Source: a virus (lineage: Duplodnaviria > Caudoviricetes). Taken from it: DNA of 28,616 nucleotides. Position numbers and translations under genes: made by a program. The notes beneath the pieces were generated by a model. It searched no databases, was not told where the DNA came from, and saw only the letters and a program-made list of their open reading frames with translations. The DNA is taken from positions 1-28,616 of the IMG/VR virus record IMGVR_UViG_3300017780_003752. One strand, 5' to 3'. Positions 15,472 to 23,495 of this stretch are shown in pieces (position 1 is the stretch's first letter; the number at the start of each line of letters is the position of its first letter).

Positions 15472-17654
15472 TACGCTACCTCCGTCACTCTTACGTCACC
15501 TGATGCGCCAAAAGCTGTTACGATACCTGTATATACTGGGTCTGGTAATTCGTAGTAGGATTGGTCGGCCATCTTAATCGTGAAAGAGGTTGCTGAAGCT
15601 GCAGCCGCAAGTTTGACGTAGACTACAACGCCTGAGTCATTAAATATCATAAGGTTACGTCTGTTGGCATTAGATGCCTGTACGGTGACTGATGCTCCAG
15701 TCATTGTTACATTCGCTAAAGTAGCAACAGTTGGTTGGGTGAGCTTGCCTATAGCGTTAGTGCCTGCTGGTAATGCTGCTACTACATCAACCTGCATTTC
15801 AGAGCCAGCTATAGCATTATCTATAACTTCGACCGCTGTTTTAATCGCATCTAGGTCATCGTTAATCTCATCATCGGTTGCGATAGTTACTCTCAGAGTA
15901 CCGTTTGATGCTGTACCTACGTTCCTATCGGTCGCAGTACCACCTATTTTTTGTAGGTTCACATTAGGGGTGGACACTTCTGTAGTTACTTCTGCCCCTA
16001 AGATTGTTGAGGTGTGCTGGTTAGTGTGGTAGGAAATCTCGTCAAAGACTATCCCTGCCAGGGTGTCGGTTTGGTTGTCAAACGCTACACCTACTGCGAT
16101 ATAAGTGATAGCTGATGGATTCCAACCGTTACCAGTTATTCCTGCGTAATTAGCGTCACCAACAGGCAATGCTCCAGTTTCAAAGGTGGCTGGCTCAAGA
16201 GCGGTGTCTGGTAATCGCCACTCATTATAGTTCGTACTATCAGTACCTAATCTTAGGAATACGTAACTTACATTAGATATGCTAGGTAGATAGAATGTAC
16301 CCTGTAAGAGGTCGTGCTGTGATATATCGCCTAAATCTACTGAGCTAAGGGTCTTTTGAATACCTGCAAATATCGTATTAGCCGTGCCGTTTAATTTATC
16401 AAAGGTTAGGGCTAGTGTCCCTGTAACGTGCTTAGTGGTGGTGGCGAGGTTGCCTGTATCGTCACCTAGAACTGACCAGCCTGTTGTCGCATTAAATCCA
16501 TCAAACTTGTGGTGGGCTTCAGCATTAACGTGAAGCGAACCAAGTGAGTCGGTTTCTAGTAGTTCATAATCACCATCAGATACAGTAGTGGCGACTTGGT
16601 CTGCAACGTGTTTAGCGAGTAGGGCTACCCCTGTATCTGTAGCTCCAACGGCACTATCAACTGCTTTACCTAAGTTAGTAGCACCAGTTCCAGGTATAAC
16701 TGAAAGAACGTCTACGTCACCTATGTCTACGCCAGGTTGAGCTGCAGCAGTTACCGTACCAGTGACAGTCACGTCATTATTCGCACCTAAATTAACTAAG
16801 AGTCCATCTGCGACTGTACCCTGTATTGGCTGTAAGGTGTTGCCAGCAACTTCCATTAGTGAAGCTGTACCAGTTATAGAGGCATCTGTATCGCCTTCAG
16901 TGTATTGAGTGCCACCGCCAAAGGAGGTTATCTGTGCGCCTGTACCGTCAACGATACCAACTGTGAGGGGATTAGAAGTTGTCAGGTCTAGTACTGTTGC
17001 TTTGATGGCAGTGTCTACTCCGTCAACAATAGACCCATCGCTCGCAGAACTACCGATTAGAGTGCCGTCTGGGTTAGTGACTTTCATCGAGCCTGGTAGT
17101 GGCTTCATGCGTGTGCCAGTATCGATGTCTTCAAGCCACTTTAATACTTCATCCCATCTGTCAGGATATTCTGGCAGTACAGTTGGGGGTATTTTAGAAA
17201 TTGCTTCCTCGAATGCCTTTGGCACTTCGGTCTTCAGAAGTCTCTCTATACCTTTCAGGTCTGGGGCGTCCACGTTTACAGTCGCTTGCGGAGTTGGGAC
17301 GTTTATATCTGGAACTTTAACATCTATCTTTGGCGAATATTCTTTGGCGTTGATGGCTGTTAGAACCTTAGAAAGAACTTCAACTATTGGTTTGGCGTAA
17401 TCGGGTAGTTCTTTATCCTCTTTATTAGCGATAGTTTGTAGACTTTCTCTTGCGTCAGTTAAAAGCGCACCAAATTCTTCAATAGTTTTATTGCTACCTT
17501 TTCGCTTTTCATCGTCAGTCATTAGGATGTCTTGCAACATCAAAGCGATGTCTTGTAACACCTGTAGAGACTGATTTTCGGGACGTGCTTTATTCATTTC
17601 TTCCAGTTTAGCTCGAAGTTCAGGAGAGATTTTACTGTAATCAGGTTTTTGCAT
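15471..17654 (-). CDS. Modular virion structural protein (fibre-like)
   Basis: 727 aa: charged helical N-terminus, Pro/Val linker, Thr/Gly/Asp-rich shaft, aromatic beta-sandwich-like central domain, short C-terminal beta domain (NRRNLMIFNDS...YTGIVTA). Confidence 0.55.
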   Translation of the reverse strand: MQKPDYSKISPELRAKLEEMNKARPENQSLQVLQDIALMLQDILMTDDEKRKGSNKTIEEFGALLTDARESLQTIANKEDKELPDYAKPIVEVLSKVLTAINAKEYSPKIDVKVPDINVPTPQATVNVDAPDLKGIERLLKTEVPKAFEEAISKIPPTVLPEYPDRWDEVLKWLEDIDTGTRMKPLPGSMKVTNPDGTLIGSSASDGSIVDGVDTAIKATVLDLTTSNPLTVGIVDGTGAQITSFGGGTQYTEGDTDASITGTASLMEVAGNTLQPIQGTVADGLLVNLGANNDVTVTGTVTAAAQPGVDIGDVDVLSVIPGTGATNLGKAVDSAVGATDTGVALLAKHVADQVATTVSDGDYELLETDSLGSLHVNAEAHHKFDGFNATTGWSVLGDDTGNLATTTKHVTGTLALTFDKLNGTANTIFAGIQKTLSSVDLGDISQHDLLQGTFYLPSISNVSYVFLRLGTDSTNYNEWRLPDTALEPATFETGALPVGDANYAGITGNGWNPSAITYIAVGVAFDNQTDTLAGIVFDEISYHTNQHTSTILGAEVTTEVSTPNVNLQKIGGTATDRNVGTASNGTLRVTIATDDEINDDLDAIKTAVEVIDNAIAGSEMQVDVVAALPAGTNAIGKLTQPTVATLANVTMTGASVTVQASNANRRNLMIFNDSGVVVYVKLAAAASATSFTIKMADQSYYELPDPVYTGIVTAFGASGDVRVTEVA

Positions 17655-17662
17655 TTTTGTTG

Positions 17663-17890
17663 TTAGACGAAGCGTCCTGCCTTCATCATTTCTTCCCAGT
17701 CTAATAATACCTCAATATCGTCAATTTTCAATAAGAATATTCGTTCTCTTTCTGCTTCCTTAGATAAGTCCCATCTCATTTCTACTTGATGTCTGAGCGA
17801 GTAGTCTTTTAATACAGCTCTTGGAGTTAGGCGCTGTTTTAAAGCTCCGTCTGTTTCTTGGAGTGAGTCTCTACTTTTGTGGACTCTCAT
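17663..17890 (-). CDS. Hypothetical protein (75 aa)
   Basis: GAGGA RBS inside the groEL 3' end; fills the gap to the next gene. Confidence 0.6.
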   Translation of the reverse strand: MRVHKSRDSLQETDGALKQRLTPRAVLKDYSLRHQVEMRWDLSKEAERERIFLLKIDDIEVLLDWEEMMKAGRFV

Positions 17891-19436
17891 CGGGTTCCTC
17901 TGCTATTAGTACGTTCATAGTCATTCCGACGCCTGCTACCGATACGGCATTCTGAATTGCCTCTCTAGTGACAAATGCAGGGTCTATAATGCCTTGTTTG
18001 AATAGGTCTACTAGTTTGCCCGTTTTAGCATCAATACCGTCTCCTACGGCCTGTATTTGGCTCTCAAGCTCTTGTGAGTAACCAGCGTTCTCCATTAGCA
18101 CTCGAAACGGTTGCTCCATAGCATGACTAAGCAGTACGTCTCCTGGTGTTTTTCTTACTATTTGGCGGGACAGCCAGAGTAGTGCAGTCTCACCGCCTGG
18201 TACAATTCCTTCTTTAACAGCTGCTTTTGTAGCTTTGACGGCATCTTCTACTCGATACTTGCGTTCTTCTATCTCGACTTGGGTAGAGCCACCCACGGTT
18301 ATGATAGCTACCTTGCCCTGTAATCCTGCTATGCGCTGTTCTAAATGTGGCATATCTTTCATTGGGCAAGTCTTCATTTGGTCTTTGAGGTCTTTAACTC
18401 TTTGCTCCACATCACCCTTGCCACCAATTATTGTGGTCTTTTTAGCAGTCACTATTATTTTCTCAGCACGCCCTAGTTCTTCAACAGTAACCTCGGTGAC
18501 TTCTTCGCCGTTATCCGTGTCTATAATTTTGCCGCCAGTTAGTGACGACATGTCCTCTAGGAACTTTTTGCGACCATCTCCACCACCAGGAGCATGTACT
18601 ATGACTGAGTTAATAACACCTTTTTGTTTATTGAGCACAATCGCTGCCAGAGCTTCGGACTCTACAGCGTCAGCTATGATTAGTAGTTCTCGATGCCCAC
18701 TCTCAGCTACCTTTTGCAGTATTGGAAAGATATCTCTTTCAAACCCAACTCGTCTGTTAATAAGCAAGATGTAGGGATTGTTGAGCACTGCTTCTTGGCG
18801 GGAGTGGTCAGTTATAAAGTATTGGCTGGAGTAGCCAGAATCAAAGGTGTAGCCGTTGACTATCTCGCTATCAATAGTCATGCCCTTTCCTTCTTCTATG
18901 GTAATTTCGGCGTCACGACCAACTTTCTCAACAATCTCAGCAATCACTCTACCAATCTCAGGGTCACCAGCAGAAATAGTGGCAACGGCTTCTATGTCCT
19001 CATTAGTCTCTAGCGGCTTTCTCATCTCTGCAAGATTTTCTATTGCAACTAACGCAGCCTTCTCTAAGCTTCGGCGAAGCTCCATCGGGTTTGAACCCTT
19101 CTCAATCATCTGGCAGGCAGACTCTAATAGGTGATAGGCGAGTACCGTTACAGTAGTTGTGCCGTCACCAGCAATCTCGTCCATTCTAATAGAAGTCTCT
19201 TTTAGAAGTTCAAGCCCATCAGCCTCACCAAGATTATCTTCTGTTGGTTTTATCTCTAGTGATTTGGCGACAGTCACACCGTCATGGGTTATCTGTGGTG
19301 CGTAAGGTAGATTGCCGAGTACGGCGTTGCCTGAGTTCGGCCCCATCGTAGCAGATACAGCTCGGTACAAGAGCAGTGCTCCTTTTAGTAGCCTTTTACG
19401 TGCGTCATTGTCAAAGTATGCTTTTTTGCCCTTCAT
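17871..19436 (-). CDS. groEL: Group I chaperonin GroEL (Cpn60)
   Basis: 521 aa with TMGP, THDGVTVAK, AGDGTTT, GYSSQYF, RVEDA, GIVPGG and GIIDP motifs. Confidence 0.97.
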   Translation of the reverse strand: MKGKKAYFDNDARKRLLKGALLLYRAVSATMGPNSGNAVLGNLPYAPQITHDGVTVAKSLEIKPTEDNLGEADGLELLKETSIRMDEIAGDGTTTVTVLAYHLLESACQMIEKGSNPMELRRSLEKAALVAIENLAEMRKPLETNEDIEAVATISAGDPEIGRVIAEIVEKVGRDAEITIEEGKGMTIDSEIVNGYTFDSGYSSQYFITDHSRQEAVLNNPYILLINRRVGFERDIFPILQKVAESGHRELLIIADAVESEALAAIVLNKQKGVINSVIVHAPGGGDGRKKFLEDMSSLTGGKIIDTDNGEEVTEVTVEELGRAEKIIVTAKKTTIIGGKGDVEQRVKDLKDQMKTCPMKDMPHLEQRIAGLQGKVAIITVGGSTQVEIEERKYRVEDAVKATKAAVKEGIVPGGETALLWLSRQIVRKTPGDVLLSHAMEQPFRVLMENAGYSQELESQIQAVGDGIDAKTGKLVDLFKQGIIDPAFVTREAIQNAVSVAGVGMTMNVLIAEEPDESPQK

Positions 19437-19672
19437 AGTATGCGAATAATGTCCCTCTCCCGACAGATACGTTCTTTTTCTTCTAAGCCGTCAATAGCAC
19501 CAAATCTAAGAAAGTGAACTCTGTCACCCTCTTTTACGTGTTTTACTTCTGGCCCAATACTTAGAACAATCCCTGTGGGTGGCAAGGTTTTCCATTGTTC
19601 AGCTTGATACAATTCACCCTTCTTCTTCTCGTAATCATCTACTTGGATAATCACGTAGTCGTGTAGTGTCAT
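19433..19672 (-). CDS. groES: Co-chaperonin GroES (Cpn10)
   Basis: LHDYVII, GIVLSIGP, VKEGDRV, ERDII pattern; AGGAG RBS; ATGA overlap with groEL. Confidence 0.9.
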   Translation of the reverse strand: MTLHDYVIIQVDDYEKKKGELYQAEQWKTLPPTGIVLSIGPEVKHVKEGDRVHFLRFGAIDGLEEKERICRERDIIRIL

Positions 19673-19692
19673 GTTAATTCTCCTAGTGTTTA

Positions 19693-19721
19693 ATTGTAAA
19701 TAAAAAAGAGCCTCATTACAA
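19693..19721 (-). promoter_or_regulatory. Sigma70-type promoter for groES-groEL, embedded in the terminator
   Basis: TTGTAA (19721-19716) - 17 nt - TACAAT (19698-19693); predicted start site just before the groES RBS. Confidence 0.55.
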
Positions 19722-19727
19722 GGCTCT
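19702..19727 (-). terminator. Rho-independent terminator ending the capsid module
   Basis: Minus strand AGAGCCT-tgtaatg-AGGCTCT followed by a T-run. Confidence 0.8.
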
Positions 19728-19749
19728 AATTTATAAGCGGTCAGTCAGC

Positions 19750-19911
19750 TTATGCGGGCTTGCGAGTAGAACACATACCACATACTAGTTCTTTGCCATC
19801 ATTGGCAGGAAGCCAGTCACAGTCATGCTCAATACTCAACCAGGGATTAACCGTACTTGGGTCAATCTTTGGCTTCATAACTTTAGAAATTACTTTCTTT
19901 AGTTTAGACAT
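19750..19911 (-). CDS. 53-aa putative zinc-binding protein
   Basis: Not in ORF track. MSKLKKVISKVMKPKIDPSTVNPWLSIEHDCDWLPANDGKELVCGMCSTRKPA*; HxC...CxxC; ATGTCTAA overlap with the upstream stop, the same overlap seen at 12117-12124. Confidence 0.65.
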   Translation of the reverse strand: MSKLKKVISKVMKPKIDPSTVNPWLSIEHDCDWLPANDGKELVCGMCSTRKPA

Positions 19912-20836
19912 TTGCGTTTTGACCTTTACCTGTACCAGCTAGAGCTGTAGCGTCTACTGCATTCTGGTCAGAGACACCTGAAGCTAGAGTAGTTGCACCC
20001 CATGCCCAGTTCGTCATCGTCTTAGTTGAAGCAATATCTTCACCAACAGCAAAATCTCTAGCAGTTACTACTTGAGTAGTGTTGTCGTTAGCTTCTGCGG
20101 TTACTTGTGGGTGAGCCTTAGTTCCAAATGAATACTCTGTACCTTCTGTTGCAGAGTTGTTGATAGCCAATTTTAGGCTGTCTAGCTCAGTTGCAGCAAC
20201 ACCAGTAGTTAGTATTTCGTTAGGAATTGTAGCAACTCCACCAGTCATAGTAGCAGCGCCCCATGAAGCAGCAGCACAAGTTTCGCTAGTCATAAATCTA
20301 TTAGCGTATGTGCCGAAGTCTCTTGCTTGGACGATTTGTGAATCGTTAGCGTTAGTTGTAGCTGTTACAAGTGGGTGGAATAGTGTTCCAGTACCATAAT
20401 TAGTACCTTCGCCTTCTCCAGCGCCTTCTGTGTCGCCCTGGTTGATAGCTTGTTTTAAGTTATCAAGGCTAGCAGCAGCAGAACCACCAATATCAATATC
20501 GTAAGGGCTTACAGGTGTTGCACGGAAGGTATAAGTTTGTCCTTCAACACTAACTGTTTCGCCTTCTGAGAAGTTACCAGTGGTCGTAATTGTACCTGTA
20601 GCCTTTGCTCCAGTAAGAGCAGCTCTCCAGGTGTATGTGACACTACCGATTGTAATTGTTTCGGCGGCGACAGCAATGCCAGAGGCGGTAATTGTTCCAG
20701 TAGCTAAAGTACCAGCCATTGTAGACTGGTTAGCGATAAGATACTTTAAGTGGTTTTCTAGTTTAGAGTCATTAGCGATTGTCGTTGGGTCAAAACCCAC
20801 GCTGTTCGCCAACATGACTAATTCATTTCTTTGCAT
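19904..20836 (-). CDS. Virion accessory protein with internally duplicated (nested) domain
   Basis: 310 aa, Thr/Ala/Gly-rich, two homologous domain copies, short helical N-terminus; AAGGA RBS; in the capsid module. Confidence 0.6.
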   Translation of the reverse strand: MQRNELVMLANSVGFDPTTIANDSKLENHLKYLIANQSTMAGTLATGTITASGIAVAAETITIGSVTYTWRAALTGAKATGTITTTGNFSEGETVSVEGQTYTFRATPVSPYDIDIGGSAAASLDNLKQAINQGDTEGAGEGEGTNYGTGTLFHPLVTATTNANDSQIVQARDFGTYANRFMTSETCAAASWGAATMTGGVATIPNEILTTGVAATELDSLKLAINNSATEGTEYSFGTKAHPQVTAEANDNTTQVVTARDFAVGEDIASTKTMTNWAWGATTLASGVSDQNAVDATALAGTGKGQNANV

Positions 20837-20943
20837 TATATGTTCCTTATTTTATTCCCTGATTGGGCGATACTCACGCATTGGCTTTCTCTCAGGATTA
20901 GTTTGGCGGACAGTTTGAATAGATGTCCAGCTATTGAATAGGT

Positions 20944-21468
20944 TTAGCCTATTTCGTTGACTTCTTCCCAAGTTATTGACCATACGCCTGTTACAGCTGT
21001 AGTAATAGAGCTTAGAGACAATGCACATCCTGGGGCGATACATAGTTCGCCATTGATGTTGTCAAGGACCTGTGCAGGAGTGATAGAGCTTGCAGCTACA
21101 GGTGACTGTAGAGCACGAACTACTACTGGAGCAGCAGGAAGTGTTACTGCGCTTGCAGCAAGACCAGCACCAGTACCAGCGAGACCGAGGTTAGCTCGGC
21201 GAACTGTTAGTGGAGTAGTTTGAGTTACAGCAGCAGCAACAGGGTTTACGTTAGCAGCCAATACTAGCGCAGAAGCACCAGCAGGAGCAGCACTAACAGC
21301 ACCAGCTACAGTCAAGACTACAAGAGTCTTGCCAGAGCCAGCAGGGTTAGTTAGCGTAATTCCAGTCTGAGTTGTTGAAAGGCCAGTAGAAGTCGCTTGT
21401 CCAGCTTGTGTGCTGGCAACGTAGATTTCTCTTGCGCCGTTTCCAACGTATGTTTCATATTGTGACAT
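20944..21468 (-). CDS. Putative capsid decoration/cement protein
   Basis: 174 aa, Ala/Thr/Val-rich beta protein immediately after the major capsid gene; AAGGA RBS. Confidence 0.5.
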   Translation of the reverse strand: MSQYETYVGNGAREIYVASTQAGQATSTGLSTTQTGITLTNPAGSGKTLVVLTVAGAVSAAPAGASALVLAANVNPVAAAVTQTTPLTVRRANLGLAGTGAGLAASAVTLPAAPVVVRALQSPVAASSITPAQVLDNINGELCIAPGCALSLSSITTAVTGVWSITWEEVNEIG

Positions 21469-21502
21469 AGTTTGAGTTCCTTTAAGTTTTTTATTTTATG
21501 AA

Positions 21503-22360
21503 TTAAGCAGCAGTAGTACGAGTAACTTCGATGTAGCTTGCAGGTCGGTCTACGTTTACACCGTAAATGGTGTGAACAACAACGTCCAAAGCTAGGCTTC
21601 GAGCAACTTTTTCAGTTTCAGTAGTTGGCTTCAACTGTTCTGCAAGGCTCAATGCGTCCTTGTGGAAGAACTGGTTTCGTCCAGTTGTAGAAACAGGTAC
21701 GTTCTGAGAGTGGTATATGTCCATGTCGTAAACGCTAGATACTAGTCCACCTGAACCGTCAACAGCTTTACCTGTTTTGCCAGTTTGGTCGTAAGCAACA
21801 TATTTGTTTACGTTTAGAAGGTCGCCCTTAGTTCCAGAACCGATAACACCACGGCGCATGTCCATTGGAGTGTTAGCAGCATCAAATGCAGCAACAACAG
21901 CAATCATGTCAGCGTCGTCGATAGCAGCACCACCAGATACAGTTGTACCTACAGATGCGAATTGACCTAGTACGTCTGTGTCGATTTGGCGAGCCAAAGC
22001 TTCAGTCTGAGCACCACGGAAAGCCTCTTGTAGGTTCCATGAGCTTTGTACTTCAGCGATTTTCTCAATACGAACAGCAGAGTAGTAGTGCTTGTCGATG
22101 TTATAGCTGATAGGAGTACCGAAAGGTACGTCAAATGTTACGTCTGTAGAAGCAGATTTTGCTCGTGCGTCTACAGTGTCAAGAAACGGCTTGCGAACTA
22201 GGTCGCCACCAGCAGCAACTAGACCGTCATCACGGTTTACCAATTTAGCTGATTGTAGTTTCTTATAAAAAGGCTTGTGAATCTCTTTATCCCAGATTTC
22301 TTTGATGACCTGTGCGGTCTGTGAAAGGGCACGGGTTGAGTTAGAGTTTAATGTACTCAT
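21503..22360 (-). CDS. Major capsid protein (HK97 fold, podovirus-type)
   Basis: 285 aa; KEIW...GDLVRKP...IDKHYYS...QSSWNL...ALARQIDTDVL...HTIYGV pattern; follows the scaffold gene; TAAGGA RBS. Confidence 0.85.
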   Translation of the reverse strand: MSTLNSNSTRALSQTAQVIKEIWDKEIHKPFYKKLQSAKLVNRDDGLVAAGGDLVRKPFLDTVDARAKSASTDVTFDVPFGTPISYNIDKHYYSAVRIEKIAEVQSSWNLQEAFRGAQTEALARQIDTDVLGQFASVGTTVSGGAAIDDADMIAVVAAFDAANTPMDMRRGVIGSGTKGDLLNVNKYVAYDQTGKTGKAVDGSGGLVSSVYDMDIYHSQNVPVSTTGRNQFFHKDALSLAEQLKPTTETEKVARSLALDVVVHTIYGVNVDRPASYIEVTRTTAA

Positions 22361-22383
22361 TGTTTGTTTTCCTTAAAATTTAA

Positions 22384-23187
22384 TTATCGTTTTGTAATGC
22401 CCATTTGTTTCAGGTAGGAATCCCTATTCTTCTCCCAGTCAGCATCACTTATATTGGCGATGTCGTCTGCTGAAGAAATCTTTGTTGCTTTACTTGCTCC
22501 CCCAGTTGGGCGTAAGCCTGTTTGGGCGGCTTGTTTAGCAACATTTTGTTGAGTCCTAATATTGAGGTTTGAGGCTAGTCGCTCGGCTCTTTCTATCTGT
22601 GCCTCTACGAACTCGGCATAACTAATGGTCGGGTTTGCAACTCGTCCACGTTCTTGGTCATACCCTGAGTAAAGTAGATACTCTTTGTCGATAGCTCTAG
22701 CGTCAGACGGGTCAAGTTTATCTAGCTTGTCTTTTACAAGGGCTAAGTCAGTTTTGATGTCTCGCTTCCAGAGTTCAGTCGTTATGCGCTCGTTAGTCTG
22801 TTCTTGCAAACTAGTGGCGTACTGTTCTCTATCTTTAGACAACTGATTGATAACTTCTTCGTCAGCTTCTATAGTCTCTTTATAATCAAGCGGTTTGTAG
22901 GTCGAAGCCTGAGCTTTTCCCTGCGTTACCCTGTCAAGAATTGAATCCAGTTTACTTTTAGTTAGCTGTTCGACACGCTTTTGTTGGCGAGGCGACAATT
23001 CTTCGGTAGTTTCTTCTTCTGTATCCTGAGTCTTCCCTTCGGCTTCCTCTGTCGTTTCAACGGTTTCTTCTACTTCTTGATTCTCATTATTAAGGTTCTC
23101 ATCACTGGTGGACTCCTCAACGCCTTCGTCTTGGTTTTCCAGTTCTGCTGCATCATCATTCGTTTGTGATACTGCTTCTTCGTCCAT
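22384..23187 (-). CDS. Capsid scaffolding protein
   Basis: Very acidic disordered N-terminus, coiled-coil core, C-terminal helical motif (IANISDADWEKNR); directly upstream of the capsid gene; AGGAG RBS. Confidence 0.8.
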   Translation of the reverse strand: MDEEAVSQTNDDAAELENQDEGVEESTSDENLNNENQEVEETVETTEEAEGKTQDTEEETTEELSPRQQKRVEQLTKSKLDSILDRVTQGKAQASTYKPLDYKETIEADEEVINQLSKDREQYATSLQEQTNERITTELWKRDIKTDLALVKDKLDKLDPSDARAIDKEYLLYSGYDQERGRVANPTISYAEFVEAQIERAERLASNLNIRTQQNVAKQAAQTGLRPTGGASKATKISSADDIANISDADWEKNRDSYLKQMGITKR

Positions 23188-23255
23188 ATTGTTAATTCTC
23201 CTATTGTTTTATTTTACTGACCTCGTTATACGGCTCGGTCGGCTCCGTTGTTTGA

Positions 23256-23284
23256 ATAATACTACTAAAGTTTAATTCGTTCAA
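23256..23284 (-). promoter_or_regulatory. Sigma70-type promoter for scaffold-capsid operon
   Basis: TTGAAC (23284-23279) - 17 nt - TATTAT (23261-23256), ~70 nt upstream of the scaffold ATG. Confidence 0.55.
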
Positions 23285-23495
23285 GTATCGGCATCCCTTT
23301 GTCATCTGTTCCTACTAGATAGTGCGTAGTAGGGATTCGGCTGCCGTAGTTTAGGCCATCAGCTTCTCTGTATATATGATTGCCTCGTTGCTTCCACGGG
23401 CCATTCGGTTTAATCAGCTCTGGTTTTTCGTGTAAATCTACAGTCGGAGCGTCTACTCCTAGTTCTTCATAATTAAGGGGTTTGGGTTCGTACAC
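23265..23495 (-). CDS. Hypothetical protein (76 aa)
   Basis: Same strand as and overlapping the upstream gene; lies between portal and scaffold. Confidence 0.6.
   Translation of the reverse strand: MYEPKPLNYEELGVDAPTVDLHEKPELIKPNGPWKQRGNHIYREADGLNYGSRIPTTHYLVGTDDKGMPILERIKL

Noticed and set aside
17871-19672. groES-groEL as flanking host chromosome or assembly contamination
   Set aside because: Same strand and RBS style as the phage genes, groEL overlaps the next ORF, and virion genes lie on both sides; read mapping would be the final check.
21320-21350. PAGSGKT in the 174-aa protein resembles a Walker A P-loop
   Set aside because: No Walker B or alpha/beta NTPase context; the protein is small, beta-rich and sits in a capsid decoration position.
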